47,281 bases of DNA from Burkholderiales bacterium (GCA_035542795.1 DATKKT010000102.1:1-47281); one strand, 5' to 3'. Counted from the first letter of the stretch, positions 1 to 13,680 are shown. Translations and numbers: made by a program. The notes: generated by a model from the letters alone, not told the origin.

Positions 1-1
1 C

Positions 2-1930
<1,929 letters not shown>

Positions 1931-2510
1931 AGGCCTGACGATCGGCACGCTCGCGGCGGCCACCGGCATGTCGAAGTCGGGCCTGTTCGCCCACTTCGGC
2001 TCGCGCGACGAGCTGCTGATCGCGGTGATGGACCGCGGCCAGCAGGAATTCCTCAAGATCGTCGTCAACCCGGCGCTCGCCAGGCCGCGCGGCCTGCCGC
2101 GCCTGCGCGCCCTCTTCGTCAACTGGATCGACTGGACCGAGTCGGCCGACCTGCCGGGCGGCTGCCCGATGATCGGCGGCGCGATCGAGTTCGACGACAA
2201 GCCCGGGCAGGTGCGCGACGCGCTCGCCGCCGGCCAGCGCGCCTGGATCGGCACGCTCACGCGCGCCGCGCGCCAGGCCGTCGAGCAGGGACAGCTCGCA
2301 GCGGACACCGACGTAGAGCAGATCGCCTTCGAGCTCTTCGGCATCGCGCTCGTGGTGCACCACCACCGGCGCCTGCTCGGCTACGAAAAGGCGCGCGCGC
2401 GCGCGCTCGCCGCTTTCGAGACGCTCCTCGAGCGCTTCGCCGTCTCTTCCGAAGCGCGCGCGAAACTGCGCGCGCACCGCTAGCCCTCCCCAAGAAGGAA
2501 AGGAGTTGCC

Positions 2511-3410
2511 ATGGCCCTCGCCCATCAGCTGCACAGGATTAGCACGAACGTTCGGTTTTGGACCGGCTCGCTGCTGCTGCCCGAGCACGCGGCGGCGCTC
2601 GCCGAGCGATTGTTCCTCACGCCGCCGCCGCCGCGCCTGCCGCAGAGCACGTTCTTCGACTTCGTCGACGCGCATGCCGGCTTCGTGGAAGTGCGCGGCC
2701 GCCAGCTCGCCACCTGGCGCTGGGGACCGCTCGATGCACCGGCGGTGGTGCTCGCGCACGGCTGGGGCGGCTACGCCGCGCAGCTGCGCGGCTTCGTGCC
2801 GCGCCTGCTCGCCGAAGGCTATCGCGTGATCGCCTACGACCAGCCCGCGCACGGGCTTTCCGAAGGCAGGCTCACCGGGCTGCCCGACTTCGCGGGCGCG
2901 CTGGCTGCGGTCGCCGCGAGCCAGGGCGACGTGCAGCACGTGATCGCGCATTCGCTCGGCGCCGTCGCCACCGCCGTCGCGCTTTCGCGCGGCCTGGAGC
3001 TGAAGAGCGCGGTGCTCGTCAGCCCGCCCTCGGACCTCGTCGGCTACTCGCACCGGTTCGCGCGCTGGTTCTGGATGCCCGAGCGGCTGCGCCGTGCGAT
3101 GCAGGCGGCCATCGAGGAGCGCTTCGGCCTGCGCTGGTTCGAGCTCGAGGTTGCGCGGCTCGCGCCGCGCCTGCGCACGCCGGCGCTCGTGATCCACGAC
3201 CGCGGCGACGGCGTCGTGCCCTGGGCGCAGGGCGCGGCGCTCGCGCGCGCCTGGCCCGGCGCACGCCTGCTCTCGACCGCGGGTCTCGGCCACGGCCGCA
3301 TCCTGGAAAGCGGCGCGGTCACGCGCGCCGCAGCGGATTTCGTCGCCGGAAGATCGGCGGTGGCGAGCCCTGCCGCGCCGGCGCTGCCCGAGCCGGCGCC
3401 GCTATACTGA
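2511..3410 (+). CDS. Alpha/beta hydrolase
   Basis: AGGAG lies 8 nt upstream of the ATG. Oxyanion-type motif VVLAHGWGG, nucleophile elbow AHSLGA, and C-terminal GLGHGRI (His). Confidence 0.85.
   Translation: MALAHQLHRISTNVRFWTGSLLLPEHAAALAERLFLTPPPPRLPQSTFFDFVDAHAGFVEVRGRQLATWRWGPLDAPAVVLAHGWGGYAAQLRGFVPRLLAEGYRVIAYDQPAHGLSEGRLTGLPDFAGALAAVAASQGDVQHVIAHSLGAVATAVALSRGLELKSAVLVSPPSDLVGYSHRFARWFWMPERLRRAMQAAIEERFGLRWFELEVARLAPRLRTPALVIHDRGDGVVPWAQGAALARAWPGARLLSTAGLGHGRILESGAVTRAAADFVAGRSAVASPAAPALPEPAPLY
2545..2554. promoter_or_regulatory. Second copy of the operator core CGAACGTTCG
   Basis: The 10-bp palindromic core is identical to that at 1809-1818. The wider 14-mer CACGAACGTTCGGT matches 11 of 14 positions. 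It lies 34 nt inside the hydrolase reading frame. Confidence 0.45.
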
Positions 3411-3439
3411 ATCGATCCGCAGAAGAACAAGGAAGCACG

Positions 3440-3922
3440 ATGGAGCGCTCGCTCACCGTCCACTGGCGGGATCCGCACGCCGCGTTCGCCGCCGGCAAGG
3501 GCCTGCCAGGCCTGGAGTACATGAAGCAGATGATCGCCGGCGGGATTGCGCCGCCGCCGATCATGGCGCTGATGGGCTACCGCCTCGCGCGGGTCGGCGA
3601 AGGGCTCGCGGTATTCGAGTGCGAGCCGGGCGAGCAGCACTACAACCCGATCGGCGTGGTCCACGGCGGCCTCGCGATGACGCTGCTCGACTCGGCGATG
3701 GGCTGCTGCGTGCACACGAAGCTGCCGGCGAACGTGGGCTACACCACGCTGGAGGTGAAGATCAACCTCGTGCGCGCGATCACCGCGAAGACCGGCACGA
3801 TCCGCGCGACCGGGCGCGTGATCCACTTCGGCAACAAGACCGCGACCGCGGAGGCGCGCCTGGAGGATGCGGCGGGCAAGCTCTACGCCCACGGCACCAC
3901 CACCTGCATTATCCTGAGCTGA
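3440..3922 (+). CDS. PaaI-family (hotdog fold) thioesterase
   Basis: The motif NPIGVVHGGLAMTLLDSAMG is typical of the PaaI/'uncharacterised domain 1' thioesterases. Length is 160 aa, and GGAAG lies upstream of the ATG. Confidence 0.85.
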   Translation: MERSLTVHWRDPHAAFAAGKGLPGLEYMKQMIAGGIAPPPIMALMGYRLARVGEGLAVFECEPGEQHYNPIGVVHGGLAMTLLDSAMGCCVHTKLPANVGYTTLEVKINLVRAITAKTGTIRATGRVIHFGNKTATAEARLEDAAGKLYAHGTTTCIILS

Positions 3923-5597
3923 GACTCGCCCAGGCGAGCTGCCGAGTGTGAAACTCGGCGAGCTCGGCGCGGTGGCCGATCGACACCAGCGTCGTCCGGG
4001 GTAGCCGCTCCCTCACAAGCCGGTAGAGCGCGGCCTGCGCTTCGTCGGGCAGCGCCGCGGTCGGCTCGTCCATGAACAGCCAGTCGGGCTTGTTGAGCAG
4101 CGCGCGCGCTACCGCCACGCGCTGCTGCTCGCCGCCCGAGAGCAGTTGCGCCCAGTTCTCCTCGCGCTCGAGGTCGTCGGCCAGCTTCGGCAGGCCTACG
4201 GCGACGAGCGCCTCGCGCACGTCGGCGTCGGCCAGCGCGGCCGCGTCCGCCGGATACGCGGTCGCGTACTTGAGCGAGCCGATCGGCAGGTACGGCCGCT
4301 GCGGCAGGAACAGCAGCGTCGCGCCCCGGGGCAGCGCGATGCGGCCCTTCCAGTAAGGCCAGATGCCCGCAAGGGCACGAAACAGCGTGCTCTTGCCCGC
4401 GCCCGAAGGGCCCGTCACCAGCACCGACTCGCCCTCGCGCAGCTGCAGCGTGGTGGGCGCGAGCAGCTGCTGCCCCTGCGGCAGATCGAGCGACAGACGC
4501 TCCAGCTGAAGCACTCTGGGCTGCCCTTCTTCCCGATCGCCGTCCAGGCGCGCCGATTCCCGGCGTGCGTGCTCGAGCGCCTCGGTGAAGCTCGTGAGGC
4601 GGTCCACCGTCGCCTTCCAGTTCGCGTAGCTCGTATAGACGTTGACGAACCAGGACAGCGCGCCCTGCACCTGGCCGAACGCCGAGGCGACCTGGAAGAT
4701 CTCGCCGAGCGGCACCTTGCCGGCGAAAAAGCGCGGCGAGGCGACGAGAAACGGAAAGATGATCGCCACCTGGCCGTAGAACGACTGGAACCAGCCCAGC
4801 TGCTTCTGCTTGAGCATCTTCGCCCACCAGATCGCGATCACGTCGGCGAAGCGTGCGCGGAAGTTGGCGAGCTCGCCGCCTTCGCCGCGATACAGCGCCA
4901 CGCCCTCGGCGTTCTCGCGCAGGCGCACCAGCGAGAAGCGGAAATTCGCCTCGTAGCGCTGCTGCTCGAAGCCGATCTGCACCAGCGGCCGGCCGATGAG
5001 GTGCGTGAGCCAGGTGCCGACGATCGAGTAGCCGAGCGCGACCCAGACCATGTAGCCGGGGATCTCTACGCCGAGCACCGTGAGCGCGCCCGACATCGCC
5101 CACAGGATGCCGAGGAAGGACACCAGCGTCACCACTGCCGACAGCAGCCCCAGCGCGAGCGAGAGCGTGAGGTCGACGAAGATGTTGAGGTCGTCGGCGA
5201 TGCGCTGGTCCGGGTTGTCAGTGCCCTTGTCCAGCAGCTGCAGCCGGTAGTAGGCGCGGTCCTTCAGCCAGTCGGCGAGGTAGCGCTCGGTCATCCAGCT
5301 GCGCCATTCGATCATCAGCATCTGCTGGAAATACTGCCGGTAGACGCCGTTGATGATGTACAGCGTCGCGAGGATCGTGAACATGCCGAGCTGGCGGAAG
5401 AACTCGGCCTGGTCCTTGGATTCGAAGGTGTTGTAGAACTCGCGGTTCCACGTGTTGAACTTGACCTCCAGCCACACTCCCAGCAGCGCGAGGCCGACCA
5501 CGGTGGCGAGCAGCACGAGGCCGGTGCGGCGCTTCTCCGATACCCAGTACGGCCGGATCAGCGCCCACAGCGTGGCGAAGAATCGTTTCTTTTGCAT
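3909..5597 (-). CDS. ABC transporter permease/ATPase fusion, YddA/ABCD-like (SbmA/BacA-type membrane domain)
   Basis: An N-terminal membrane domain is followed by Walker A GPSGAGKST, signature LSGGEQQRVAVARA and Walker B WLFMDEPTAAL. At 562 aa it is the same size class as E. coli YddA. Confidence 0.9.
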   Translation of the reverse strand: MQKKRFFATLWALIRPYWVSEKRRTGLVLLATVVGLALLGVWLEVKFNTWNREFYNTFESKDQAEFFRQLGMFTILATLYIINGVYRQYFQQMLMIEWRSWMTERYLADWLKDRAYYRLQLLDKGTDNPDQRIADDLNIFVDLTLSLALGLLSAVVTLVSFLGILWAMSGALTVLGVEIPGYMVWVALGYSIVGTWLTHLIGRPLVQIGFEQQRYEANFRFSLVRLRENAEGVALYRGEGGELANFRARFADVIAIWWAKMLKQKQLGWFQSFYGQVAIIFPFLVASPRFFAGKVPLGEIFQVASAFGQVQGALSWFVNVYTSYANWKATVDRLTSFTEALEHARRESARLDGDREEGQPRVLQLERLSLDLPQGQQLLAPTTLQLREGESVLVTGPSGAGKSTLFRALAGIWPYWKGRIALPRGATLLFLPQRPYLPIGSLKYATAYPADAAALADADVREALVAVGLPKLADDLEREENWAQLLSGGEQQRVAVARALLNKPDWLFMDEPTAALPDEAQAALYRLVRERLPRTTLVSIGHRAELAEFHTRQLAWASLSSG

Positions 5598-5671
5598 GGA
5601 GTTACCTCGGGCTGGACAGCGTATGCCGAAAGCAGTTTACAGAACGATGAAAGCGGCGCGAGAATGCCCCA

Positions 5672-6334
5672 ATGCAGCAGGTCTACCGCTTCGGCCCCGC
5701 TCCGGAGCAACCCGCCCGACATCTCTTCGTATTCCTGCATGCAAGCGGCGCCGACGCGCGCTCGATGATCCCCGCGGCCTTCAAGTACCAGGGCAGGTTC
5801 CCGAGCGCCGCGCTCGTGGTGCCGAGCGGCTTCTCGTCCTTCCGAAAGACACCGGACGGCATGCAATGGTTCTCGACCAAGGACCTGAGCTACGAGAACC
5901 ACATGGACCGCGTGCGCGCGATCCTGCCGCGCATCGAGCAGATCGTGCGCCACGAGCAGGCGAGCTACCGCGTGCCGGTCGAGCGCACCGTGCTGATCGG
6001 CTACTCGCAGGGCGGCACCGTGGCGCTGGAAGCCGTCAAGGCGATCCCCGAGCTCGCCGGCGCCGTGGTCGCCTACTCCGCCCGCTTCGCGAGCCTGCCC
6101 AAGCTCGGCACGCGCCTGCGCTCGCGCATCCACCTCGTGCACGGCGGCTACGACTCGGTCGTCTCTCGCGTGCACGCCGAGCGCGCCGCACGCGTGCTCG
6201 CAGGCCTGCACGTTCCGGTGACGCTGGACATCATCGAGCACGACGGCCACGCGCTCAGCCACGAAGCCATCTGCCGCGGCTCGCTGCGCCTGCTGCAGGG
6301 CATCTACGAGCGGCGCAGGGCGACCCTGCACTGA
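5672..6334 (+). CDS. Phospholipase/carboxylesterase-family alpha/beta hydrolase
   Basis: Nucleophile motif GYSQGG, plus VHGGYDSVV and HDGHAL (Asp/His). Length is 220 aa. Confidence 0.85.
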   Translation: MQQVYRFGPAPEQPARHLFVFLHASGADARSMIPAAFKYQGRFPSAALVVPSGFSSFRKTPDGMQWFSTKDLSYENHMDRVRAILPRIEQIVRHEQASYRVPVERTVLIGYSQGGTVALEAVKAIPELAGAVVAYSARFASLPKLGTRLRSRIHLVHGGYDSVVSRVHAERAARVLAGLHVPVTLDIIEHDGHALSHEAICRGSLRLLQGIYERRRATLH

Positions 6335-6399
6335 ATCGATTCCGACCGCCGGGACTTCTGGCCGAATATACGAGACCGTGGAAGCTGCTGACGCTCGCG

Positions 6400-6774
6400 T
6401 TGGGCGTCGCCCTGCTCATTGCCGGCTCGTTCTACTACGAAGCGCCGGACTGGGACATTCCGATCAGCTTGATCATGGCGGGACTCGCGTACCTCACGGC
6501 GCCGTGGAGCCTGCGCGTCATCGTTGAGAGACGCTGGAGGCTGTGGCCGGGGATGCTGTTCGCGACCTGGATCACGGTCGACGGCAGCTACTGGCTGTAT
6601 TGGCGCTTCAAGAACCCCGCCGCGCTCGAGATGATGCGCGAGGCGAACTTCCTGGCGTCGCTTTGCCTCTACGGAATGTGCGGCGTCGTCTGGCTCTATC
6701 GCGGCAGCCTGCGCGAGATGCTATCGGAGGCGAGCGCACGCGTTCGCCAGCTGCGCGCTGAACTTCGCAAGTAG
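6400..6774 (+). CDS. Hypothetical small membrane protein (start uncertain)
   Basis: Four hydrophobic segments (LGVALLIAGSFYY, ISLIMAGLAYLTAPW, GMLFATWITVDGSYWLYW, FLASLCLYGMCGVVWLY) and locally lower G+C. In-frame starts are TTG 6400 and ATG 6475. The first hydrophobic segment begins before 6400, where only CTG codons are available. Confidence 0.4.
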   Translation: MGVALLIAGSFYYEAPDWDIPISLIMAGLAYLTAPWSLRVIVERRWRLWPGMLFATWITVDGSYWLYWRFKNPAALEMMREANFLASLCLYGMCGVVWLYRGSLREMLSEASARVRQLRAELRK

Positions 6775-6796
6775 CGGCTGAGCCGAGGGGCCGGGG

Positions 6797-8758
6797 CTAG
6801 CCCGCGAGCTCGGGCATGTTCTTGAAGAGCTCGAGCGCCTCGGGATTGGCGAGCGCGTCGGTGTTGGCCACGGCCATGCCGTGAACGACTGAGCGCACGG
6901 CGAGCTCGACCACCTTGCCGTTCTTGGTGCGCGGGATGTCGGGCACCTGGATGATTTTCGCGGGAACGTGCCGCGGAGTGGTGTTCTCCTTGATTCGCGC
7001 CTTTATTTCTGCGGTCAGTCTTTCATCCAGAGAAAAACCGGGCCTCAGGCGCACGAAAAGGATTACGCGCGTGTCGGCGGGCTTGTCGGGCGGCCAGAGC
7101 TGGCCGATGGCGACGGATTCCTCGACCTCGTGGATCTTCTCCACCTGGCGGTAGATCTCCGCGGTGCCGATGCGCACGCCGCCCGGATTCAGCGTGGCGT
7201 CCGAGCGCCCGTAGACGATCATCGAGCCGCGCTCGGAGAGCTCGCACCAGTCGCCGTGCGTCCAGACGCCGGGGAATTTCTCGTAGTAGGCGCTGCGGTA
7301 CTTCTCGCCGCCGCGGTCGTTCCAGAAGCCGAGCGGCATCGAGGGCACGGGCTTGACGCAGACGAGCTCGCCCTTCTGGCCGACCACGGGCTTGCCCTGG
7401 TCGTTCCAGACCTCGACCGCCATGCCGAGCGCGCGGCACTGGATCTCGCCGCGGTAGACGGGCAGGATCGCGTTGGCGTCCGCGAACGCGGCCATGATGT
7501 CCGTGCCGCCCGAGATCGAGGACAGGCACACGTTCTTCTTCACCTTCGAGTAGACGTAGTCGTAGCTCTCGGCGACGAGCGGCGAGCCCGTGGAGATGAT
7601 CATGCGCACGTCCGAGAGCTTGTGCGTCTCGGCGGGCGCGAGGCCGCGCTTCTCCATCGCGTCGATGAATTTCGCCGAGGTGCCGAACTGCGTGAAGCGC
7701 TCGGCGTCGCAGTAGTCGAAGAGGATCTTGCCGCCGCGCTCGAACGGCGAGCCGTCGTAGAGCATCACGCTCGCTTCCGCCGCGAGCGCGCTGAAGAGCA
7801 GGTTCCACATCACCCAGTTGGTGGTGCTGTAGTAGAACATGCGGTCGCCCGGGCGCACGTCGAACTGCAGCTTGTACATCTTCAGCGTCTGCAGCAGCGT
7901 GCCGCCCACGCCGTGCACGATGCACTTGGGCGTTCCCGTGGTGCCGGAAGTGAACAGGATGTAGGCCGGGTGCTCGAACGGCAGCTGCACGAAGTCGATC
8001 TCGCCCGCCGAGTGCTTGCGCAGCCACTCCTCGAGCAGCACCGCCTTCGGGATGCCGTCGATGTCGGGCCGCGGCCGCAGGTAGGGCACGACGACCACCT
8101 TGCGCAGGCCGGGCAATCCCCCGGCGATCTCGGCGACGCGCTCCAGCACGTCGTACTCGCGCCCGGCATAGCGGTAGCCATCGGCGACGAAGAGGATCTT
8201 CGGCTCGATCTGGCCGAAGCGGTCGAGCACGCCGCTGGTGCCGAAGTCCGGCGAGCAGGAGGACCAGACGATGCCCTGCGAGAGCGCCGCGAGCGCGAGC
8301 ATGCCGGTCTCGGGCATGTTCGGGATGAACGCGGCGGCGCGGTCGCCGGGCCGCAGGCCGATCTGGGCGAGCGCCTGCGCGGCGCGCGAGACGTCGCTCG
8401 TCAGCTGCGAGTACGACACGCGCCGCTGGAAGCCGCGCTCGTCCCAGAACACGAACGCGTCGCCCTGGTCGCCGCGCTTGAGCAGGTTCTCGGCGAAGTT
8501 GAGGCGCGCCTCGGGGAACCACTTCGCGCCGGGCATCCTGCCGCCGTCGACGAGCACCGTGCTGCCCTTTTTCGAGGCCACCACGCCGCACCAGTCCCAG
8601 ACTTCCGACCAGAACTGCTCGGGGTTATCGATGGTCCACTGGTAGAACTCGGGGTAGGTGTTCAGCTCGAGCTTGTACTTGCGCACCACGTGACGCGCGA
8701 ACTGCGTGAGCTGCGCCTGCTCGATCGCCTGCTCCGACGGGGACCAGATGGGCTCCAT
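6797..8758 (-). CDS. Acetoacetyl-CoA synthetase (acetoacetate-CoA ligase)
   Basis: The 653-aa AMP-forming ligase has FTSGTTGTPKCIVH (AMP-binding motif). Its N-terminus PIWSPSEQAIEQAQLTQF...FWSEVWDW is characteristic of acetoacetyl-CoA synthetases. Confidence 0.9.
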   Translation of the reverse strand: MEPIWSPSEQAIEQAQLTQFARHVVRKYKLELNTYPEFYQWTIDNPEQFWSEVWDWCGVVASKKGSTVLVDGGRMPGAKWFPEARLNFAENLLKRGDQGDAFVFWDERGFQRRVSYSQLTSDVSRAAQALAQIGLRPGDRAAAFIPNMPETGMLALAALSQGIVWSSCSPDFGTSGVLDRFGQIEPKILFVADGYRYAGREYDVLERVAEIAGGLPGLRKVVVVPYLRPRPDIDGIPKAVLLEEWLRKHSAGEIDFVQLPFEHPAYILFTSGTTGTPKCIVHGVGGTLLQTLKMYKLQFDVRPGDRMFYYSTTNWVMWNLLFSALAAEASVMLYDGSPFERGGKILFDYCDAERFTQFGTSAKFIDAMEKRGLAPAETHKLSDVRMIISTGSPLVAESYDYVYSKVKKNVCLSSISGGTDIMAAFADANAILPVYRGEIQCRALGMAVEVWNDQGKPVVGQKGELVCVKPVPSMPLGFWNDRGGEKYRSAYYEKFPGVWTHGDWCELSERGSMIVYGRSDATLNPGGVRIGTAEIYRQVEKIHEVEESVAIGQLWPPDKPADTRVILFVRLRPGFSLDERLTAEIKARIKENTTPRHVPAKIIQVPDIPRTKNGKVVELAVRSVVHGMAVANTDALANPEALELFKNMPELAG

Positions 8759-8770
8759 GCGCTGCGCATT

Positions 8771-10201
<1,431 letters not shown>

Positions 10202-10232
10202 ACTGTAGGCGATTCTATTCCCGCCGCATGAC

Positions 10233-11918
10233 ATGACTCGCCTGTTCCGCATACTGCTGCTCGCCCTGGCCGTTCCCTGCGCGCACGCCGCCGAGTACAT
10301 GGTGGCGGCGGCCAACCCGCTCGCCGCGCGCGCGGGCATGCAGATCCTGCGCGACGGCGGCAGCGCGCTCGATGCGGCGATCGCCGTGCAGATGGCGCTC
10401 AACGTCGTAGAGCCGCAGTCCTCGGGCATCGGCGGCGGGGCGTTCCTGCTGAACTGGGACGCCGCGGCCAAGGCGGTCTCGGCCTACGACGGCCGCGAGA
10501 CGGCGCCCGCGGCCGCGCGCCCCGACCGCTTTCTGCGCCCCAGCGGCGCGCCGATGGGCATCGGCGAGGCGATCGCCTCGGGACGCTCGGTGGGCGTTCC
10601 CGGCGTGCTGCGCATGCTCAAGCTCGCGCACGAGCGGCACGGGGTCCTGCCCTGGCGCGAATTGTTCCAGCCGGCGATCCGCCTCGCCGAAGACGGCTTC
10701 GAAGTGTCGCCGCGCCTGCACCGGCTCATCGCCGCCGACCCGCTGCTGCGGCGGAACGCCGCGGCGCGCGCGTACTTCTACCTGCCCGACGGCCGCGCGC
10801 TGCCCGCCGGTTACCGGCTGAAGAACCCGGAGCTCGCCGCGGTCCTGCGCCGCGTCGCCGACGAGGGGCCCGATGCCTTCTATCAGGGCGAGATCGCGCA
10901 CGCGATCGTTGCCGCGGCCGCCGCGGCGGACCGTTACGGCCGTGCCGGGGATCTCGCCCCGGAGGACCTCGCGAACTACCGCGCGATCGAGCGCGACGCC
11001 GTCTGCGGCGGCTACCGCGGCCACCGCGTCTGCGGCACGCCGCCGCCCAGCTCCGGCGGCATCGGCGTGCTGGCGATGCTCGGCATCCTCGAGCGCTTCC
11101 CGCTTGCGCGCGTGCCCGCCGGCTCGGCGGAGGCGGTCCACCTGTTCGCCGAGGCCGGGCGCCTCGCATACGCGGATCGCGATCACTACGTCGGCGATCC
11201 GGAGTTCGTGGACGTTCCCACGGCGGGTCTCGTCGATCCGGCCTACCTGCGCGGGCGCTCGATGCTGATCCGTCGCGATCGCAGCATGGGCCGCGCCGCG
11301 CCGGGCACGCCGCCCGGCGCGCGCGCCGCGCTCGGCGCGGACGCGACCGTGGAAGCGGGCGGCACCAGCCACCTGTCGATCGTCGACGCCGACGGCAACG
11401 CGGTGGCGATGACCACGAGCATCGAATCGGCGTTCGGCAGCCGCCTCTTCGTGCGCGGCTTCCTGCTCAACAACGAGCTCACCGATTTCTCGTTCGCGCC
11501 GGGCGAGGCCGGGCGGCCGGCGGCGAACCGCGTCGAAGGCGGCAAGCGGCCGCGCAGCGCCATGGCGCCGACGCTCGTCTTCGCGCGCGGGCGCGACGAT
11601 CGCCTGCTGCTCGCCGCCGGCTCCGCCGGCGGCCCGTCGATCATCAACTACGTCGCCAAGCTGCTCGTCGGCGTGATCGACTGGAAGCTCGGCGTGCTGG
11701 GGGCCATCGCCGCGCCGAACATGGGCAGCCGCAACGGCGATACCGAGCTCGAGCGCGGCAGCGCCGCGGAAGCCCTCGCGCCGGCGCTGCGCGCGCTGGG
11801 GCACCCGGTCGCGGTGCATGCCATGACGAGCGGCTCGCAGGCGATCCTCGTCGCGCCCGGCGGCCTGCAGGGCGGGGCCGACCCCCGCCGCGAGGGCGTC
11901 GCCCTAGGCAACCGCTGA
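10233..11918 (+). CDS. ggt: Gamma-glutamyltransferase, secreted
   Basis: Signal peptide MTRLFRILLLALAVPCAHA, then EPQSSGIGGGAFLL, and the autoprocessing/nucleophile Thr in GGTSHLSIVD. Confidence 0.92.
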   Translation: MTRLFRILLLALAVPCAHAAEYMVAAANPLAARAGMQILRDGGSALDAAIAVQMALNVVEPQSSGIGGGAFLLNWDAAAKAVSAYDGRETAPAAARPDRFLRPSGAPMGIGEAIASGRSVGVPGVLRMLKLAHERHGVLPWRELFQPAIRLAEDGFEVSPRLHRLIAADPLLRRNAAARAYFYLPDGRALPAGYRLKNPELAAVLRRVADEGPDAFYQGEIAHAIVAAAAAADRYGRAGDLAPEDLANYRAIERDAVCGGYRGHRVCGTPPPSSGGIGVLAMLGILERFPLARVPAGSAEAVHLFAEAGRLAYADRDHYVGDPEFVDVPTAGLVDPAYLRGRSMLIRRDRSMGRAAPGTPPGARAALGADATVEAGGTSHLSIVDADGNAVAMTTSIESAFGSRLFVRGFLLNNELTDFSFAPGEAGRPAANRVEGGKRPRSAMAPTLVFARGRDDRLLLAAGSAGGPSIINYVAKLLVGVIDWKLGVLGAIAAPNMGSRNGDTELERGSAAEALAPALRALGHPVAVHAMTSGSQAILVAPGGLQGGADPRREGVALGNR

Positions 11919-11961
11919 CGGGATCATTAGAATTGGCCGCTCTTCACCTGGGAGAAACCGC

Positions 11962-12861
11962 ATGAAACGCCTCGCACTTTTCGCCGCTTCGCTGCTCGCG
12001 CTCGCCAGCTTCGGCGCGCTCGCACAGGACGGCACGCTGAAGAAGATCAAGGACAGCGGCGCGATCACCATCGGCCACCGCGACGCCTCGCTCCCGCTCT
12101 CGTACCTGGACGACAAGCAGAAGCCCATCGGCTACGCGATGGATCTGTGCGCGAAGATCGTCGACGGGATCAAGGCGCACCTCAAGATGCCCAAGATCGA
12201 GGTCAAGTATCAGCTGGTGACCTCCGCCAACCGCATTCCGCTGATGGCGAACGGCACCATCGACCTCGAGTGCGGCTCGACCACCAACAACCTCGAGCGC
12301 CAGAAGCAGGTCTGGTTCACGATGACGCATTTCGTGACCGCCAACAAGTTCGTGGCGAAGAAGTCCGCGAAGCTGAACAAGCTCGAGGACCTGAAGGGCA
12401 AGACGGTGGTCTCGACCGCCGGCACGACGAACATCAAGCAGCTCACCGAGCTCAACACCGCGAAGGGCCTCAACATCGACATCGTCTCGGCGAACGGCCA
12501 CCCGGAAGCCTTCCAGATGGTCGAGAGCGGCCGCGCCGCGGCGTTCGTGATGGATGACATCCTGCTCTTCGGCCTGGTGGCGAACTCCAAGAAGCCGAAG
12601 GACTTCGCGATCTCGCAGGACGCGCTCTCGGTCGAGCCCTACGGCATCATGGTGCGCAAGGACGACGCCGAGTTCAAGAAGGTCGTCGACGCCGCGATCA
12701 GCAAGGTCTACACGTCGGGCGAAGGCGCGAAGATCTATGCGAAGTGGTTTCAGAAGCCGATTCCGCCCAAGGGCATCAACCTGAACGTGCCGATGAGCCC
12801 GCAGTTGAAGAAGGTCATGGCCCACCCGACCGACTCCGGGGATCCCAAGGACTACCAGTGA
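11962..12861 (+). CDS. gltI: Glutamate/aspartate ABC transporter substrate-binding protein
   Basis: A signal peptide, then TLKKIKDSGAITIGHRDASLPLSYLDDKQKPIGYAMDLC and GTIDLECGSTTNN. It is followed by two permease genes and an ATPase gene in the order gltIJKL. Confidence 0.9.
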   Translation: MKRLALFAASLLALASFGALAQDGTLKKIKDSGAITIGHRDASLPLSYLDDKQKPIGYAMDLCAKIVDGIKAHLKMPKIEVKYQLVTSANRIPLMANGTIDLECGSTTNNLERQKQVWFTMTHFVTANKFVAKKSAKLNKLEDLKGKTVVSTAGTTNIKQLTELNTAKGLNIDIVSANGHPEAFQMVESGRAAAFVMDDILLFGLVANSKKPKDFAISQDALSVEPYGIMVRKDDAEFKKVVDAAISKVYTSGEGAKIYAKWFQKPIPPKGINLNVPMSPQLKKVMAHPTDSGDPKDYQ

Positions 12862-12880
12862 TCGCAGGATAAGCCTCGAG

Positions 12881-12910
12881 ACGGGGGACGCGAGTCCCCC
12901 GTTTTTCTTT
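12881..12910 (+). terminator. Rho-independent terminator/attenuator between gltI and gltJ
   Basis: Stem ACGGGGGAC (12881-12889) / GTCCCCCGT (12894-12902), loop GCGA, followed by TTTTTCTTT. Confidence 0.7.
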
Positions 12911-12921
12911 GCGCGGGCGGC

Positions 12922-13677
12922 ATGCATTACAACTGGAACTGGGCGATCCTGCTGCAGAAGTCGGCCGAGGCCGGCGGCTCGTGGCTCCTGTACCTCGTCG
13001 CCGGACTTGGCTGGACGCTCGCGGTCGCGCTCTGCGCGTGGGCGATCGCGCTCGCGCTCGGCGCCGTGGTCGGGACGCTGCGCACCGGGCCAATGCGCTG
13101 GGTGGCGCGCGTGTGCGCCGCCTACGTCGAGATCTTCCGCAACGTGCCGCTGCTCGTGCAGATGTTCCTGTGGTTCTTCGTGCTGCCCGAGCTCCTGCCC
13201 GAGCAATGGGGCGACGCGATCAAGCAGATGAAGCCGCCCTGGGCGGCGTTCCTGCCGGCCGTGCTCTGCCTCGCGTTCTACACCTCGGTGCGCGTCGCCG
13301 AGCAGGTGCGCGCCGGCATCCAGTCGCTGCCGCGCGGGCAGTCGCTGGCCGGGACCGCGATGGGCCTCTCGCTCGCGCAGACCTACCGCTACGTGCTGCT
13401 GCCGATGGCCTTCCGCATCATCCTGCCGCCGCTCACCTCGGAGTTCCTCAACTGCATCAAGAATTCCTCGGTCGCGCTCACGATCGGCGTGATGGAGCTC
13501 ACGGCGCGCGCGCGCTCGATGCAGGAGTTCACCTTCCAGGTATTCGAGGCATTCGCCGCTGCGACGGCGATCTACCTGCTCACCAACATGATCGTCGTTC
13601 TCCTCATGCGGCGGCTTGAGGCGCGTGTGCGCGTCCCGGGCTTCATCGGCGCGCATTCCGGCGCCGCCGGGCACTAG
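12922..13677 (+). CDS. gltJ: Glutamate/aspartate ABC transporter permease
   Basis: Polar amino-acid permease (HisM/GltJ type) with the EAA-loop region SLPRGQSLAGTAMGLSLAQTYRYVLLPMAFRIILPPL. Confidence 0.88.
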   Translation: MHYNWNWAILLQKSAEAGGSWLLYLVAGLGWTLAVALCAWAIALALGAVVGTLRTGPMRWVARVCAAYVEIFRNVPLLVQMFLWFFVLPELLPEQWGDAIKQMKPPWAAFLPAVLCLAFYTSVRVAEQVRAGIQSLPRGQSLAGTAMGLSLAQTYRYVLLPMAFRIILPPLTSEFLNCIKNSSVALTIGVMELTARARSMQEFTFQVFEAFAAATAIYLLTNMIVVLLMRRLEARVRVPGFIGAHSGAAGH

Positions 13678-13680
13678 CGC

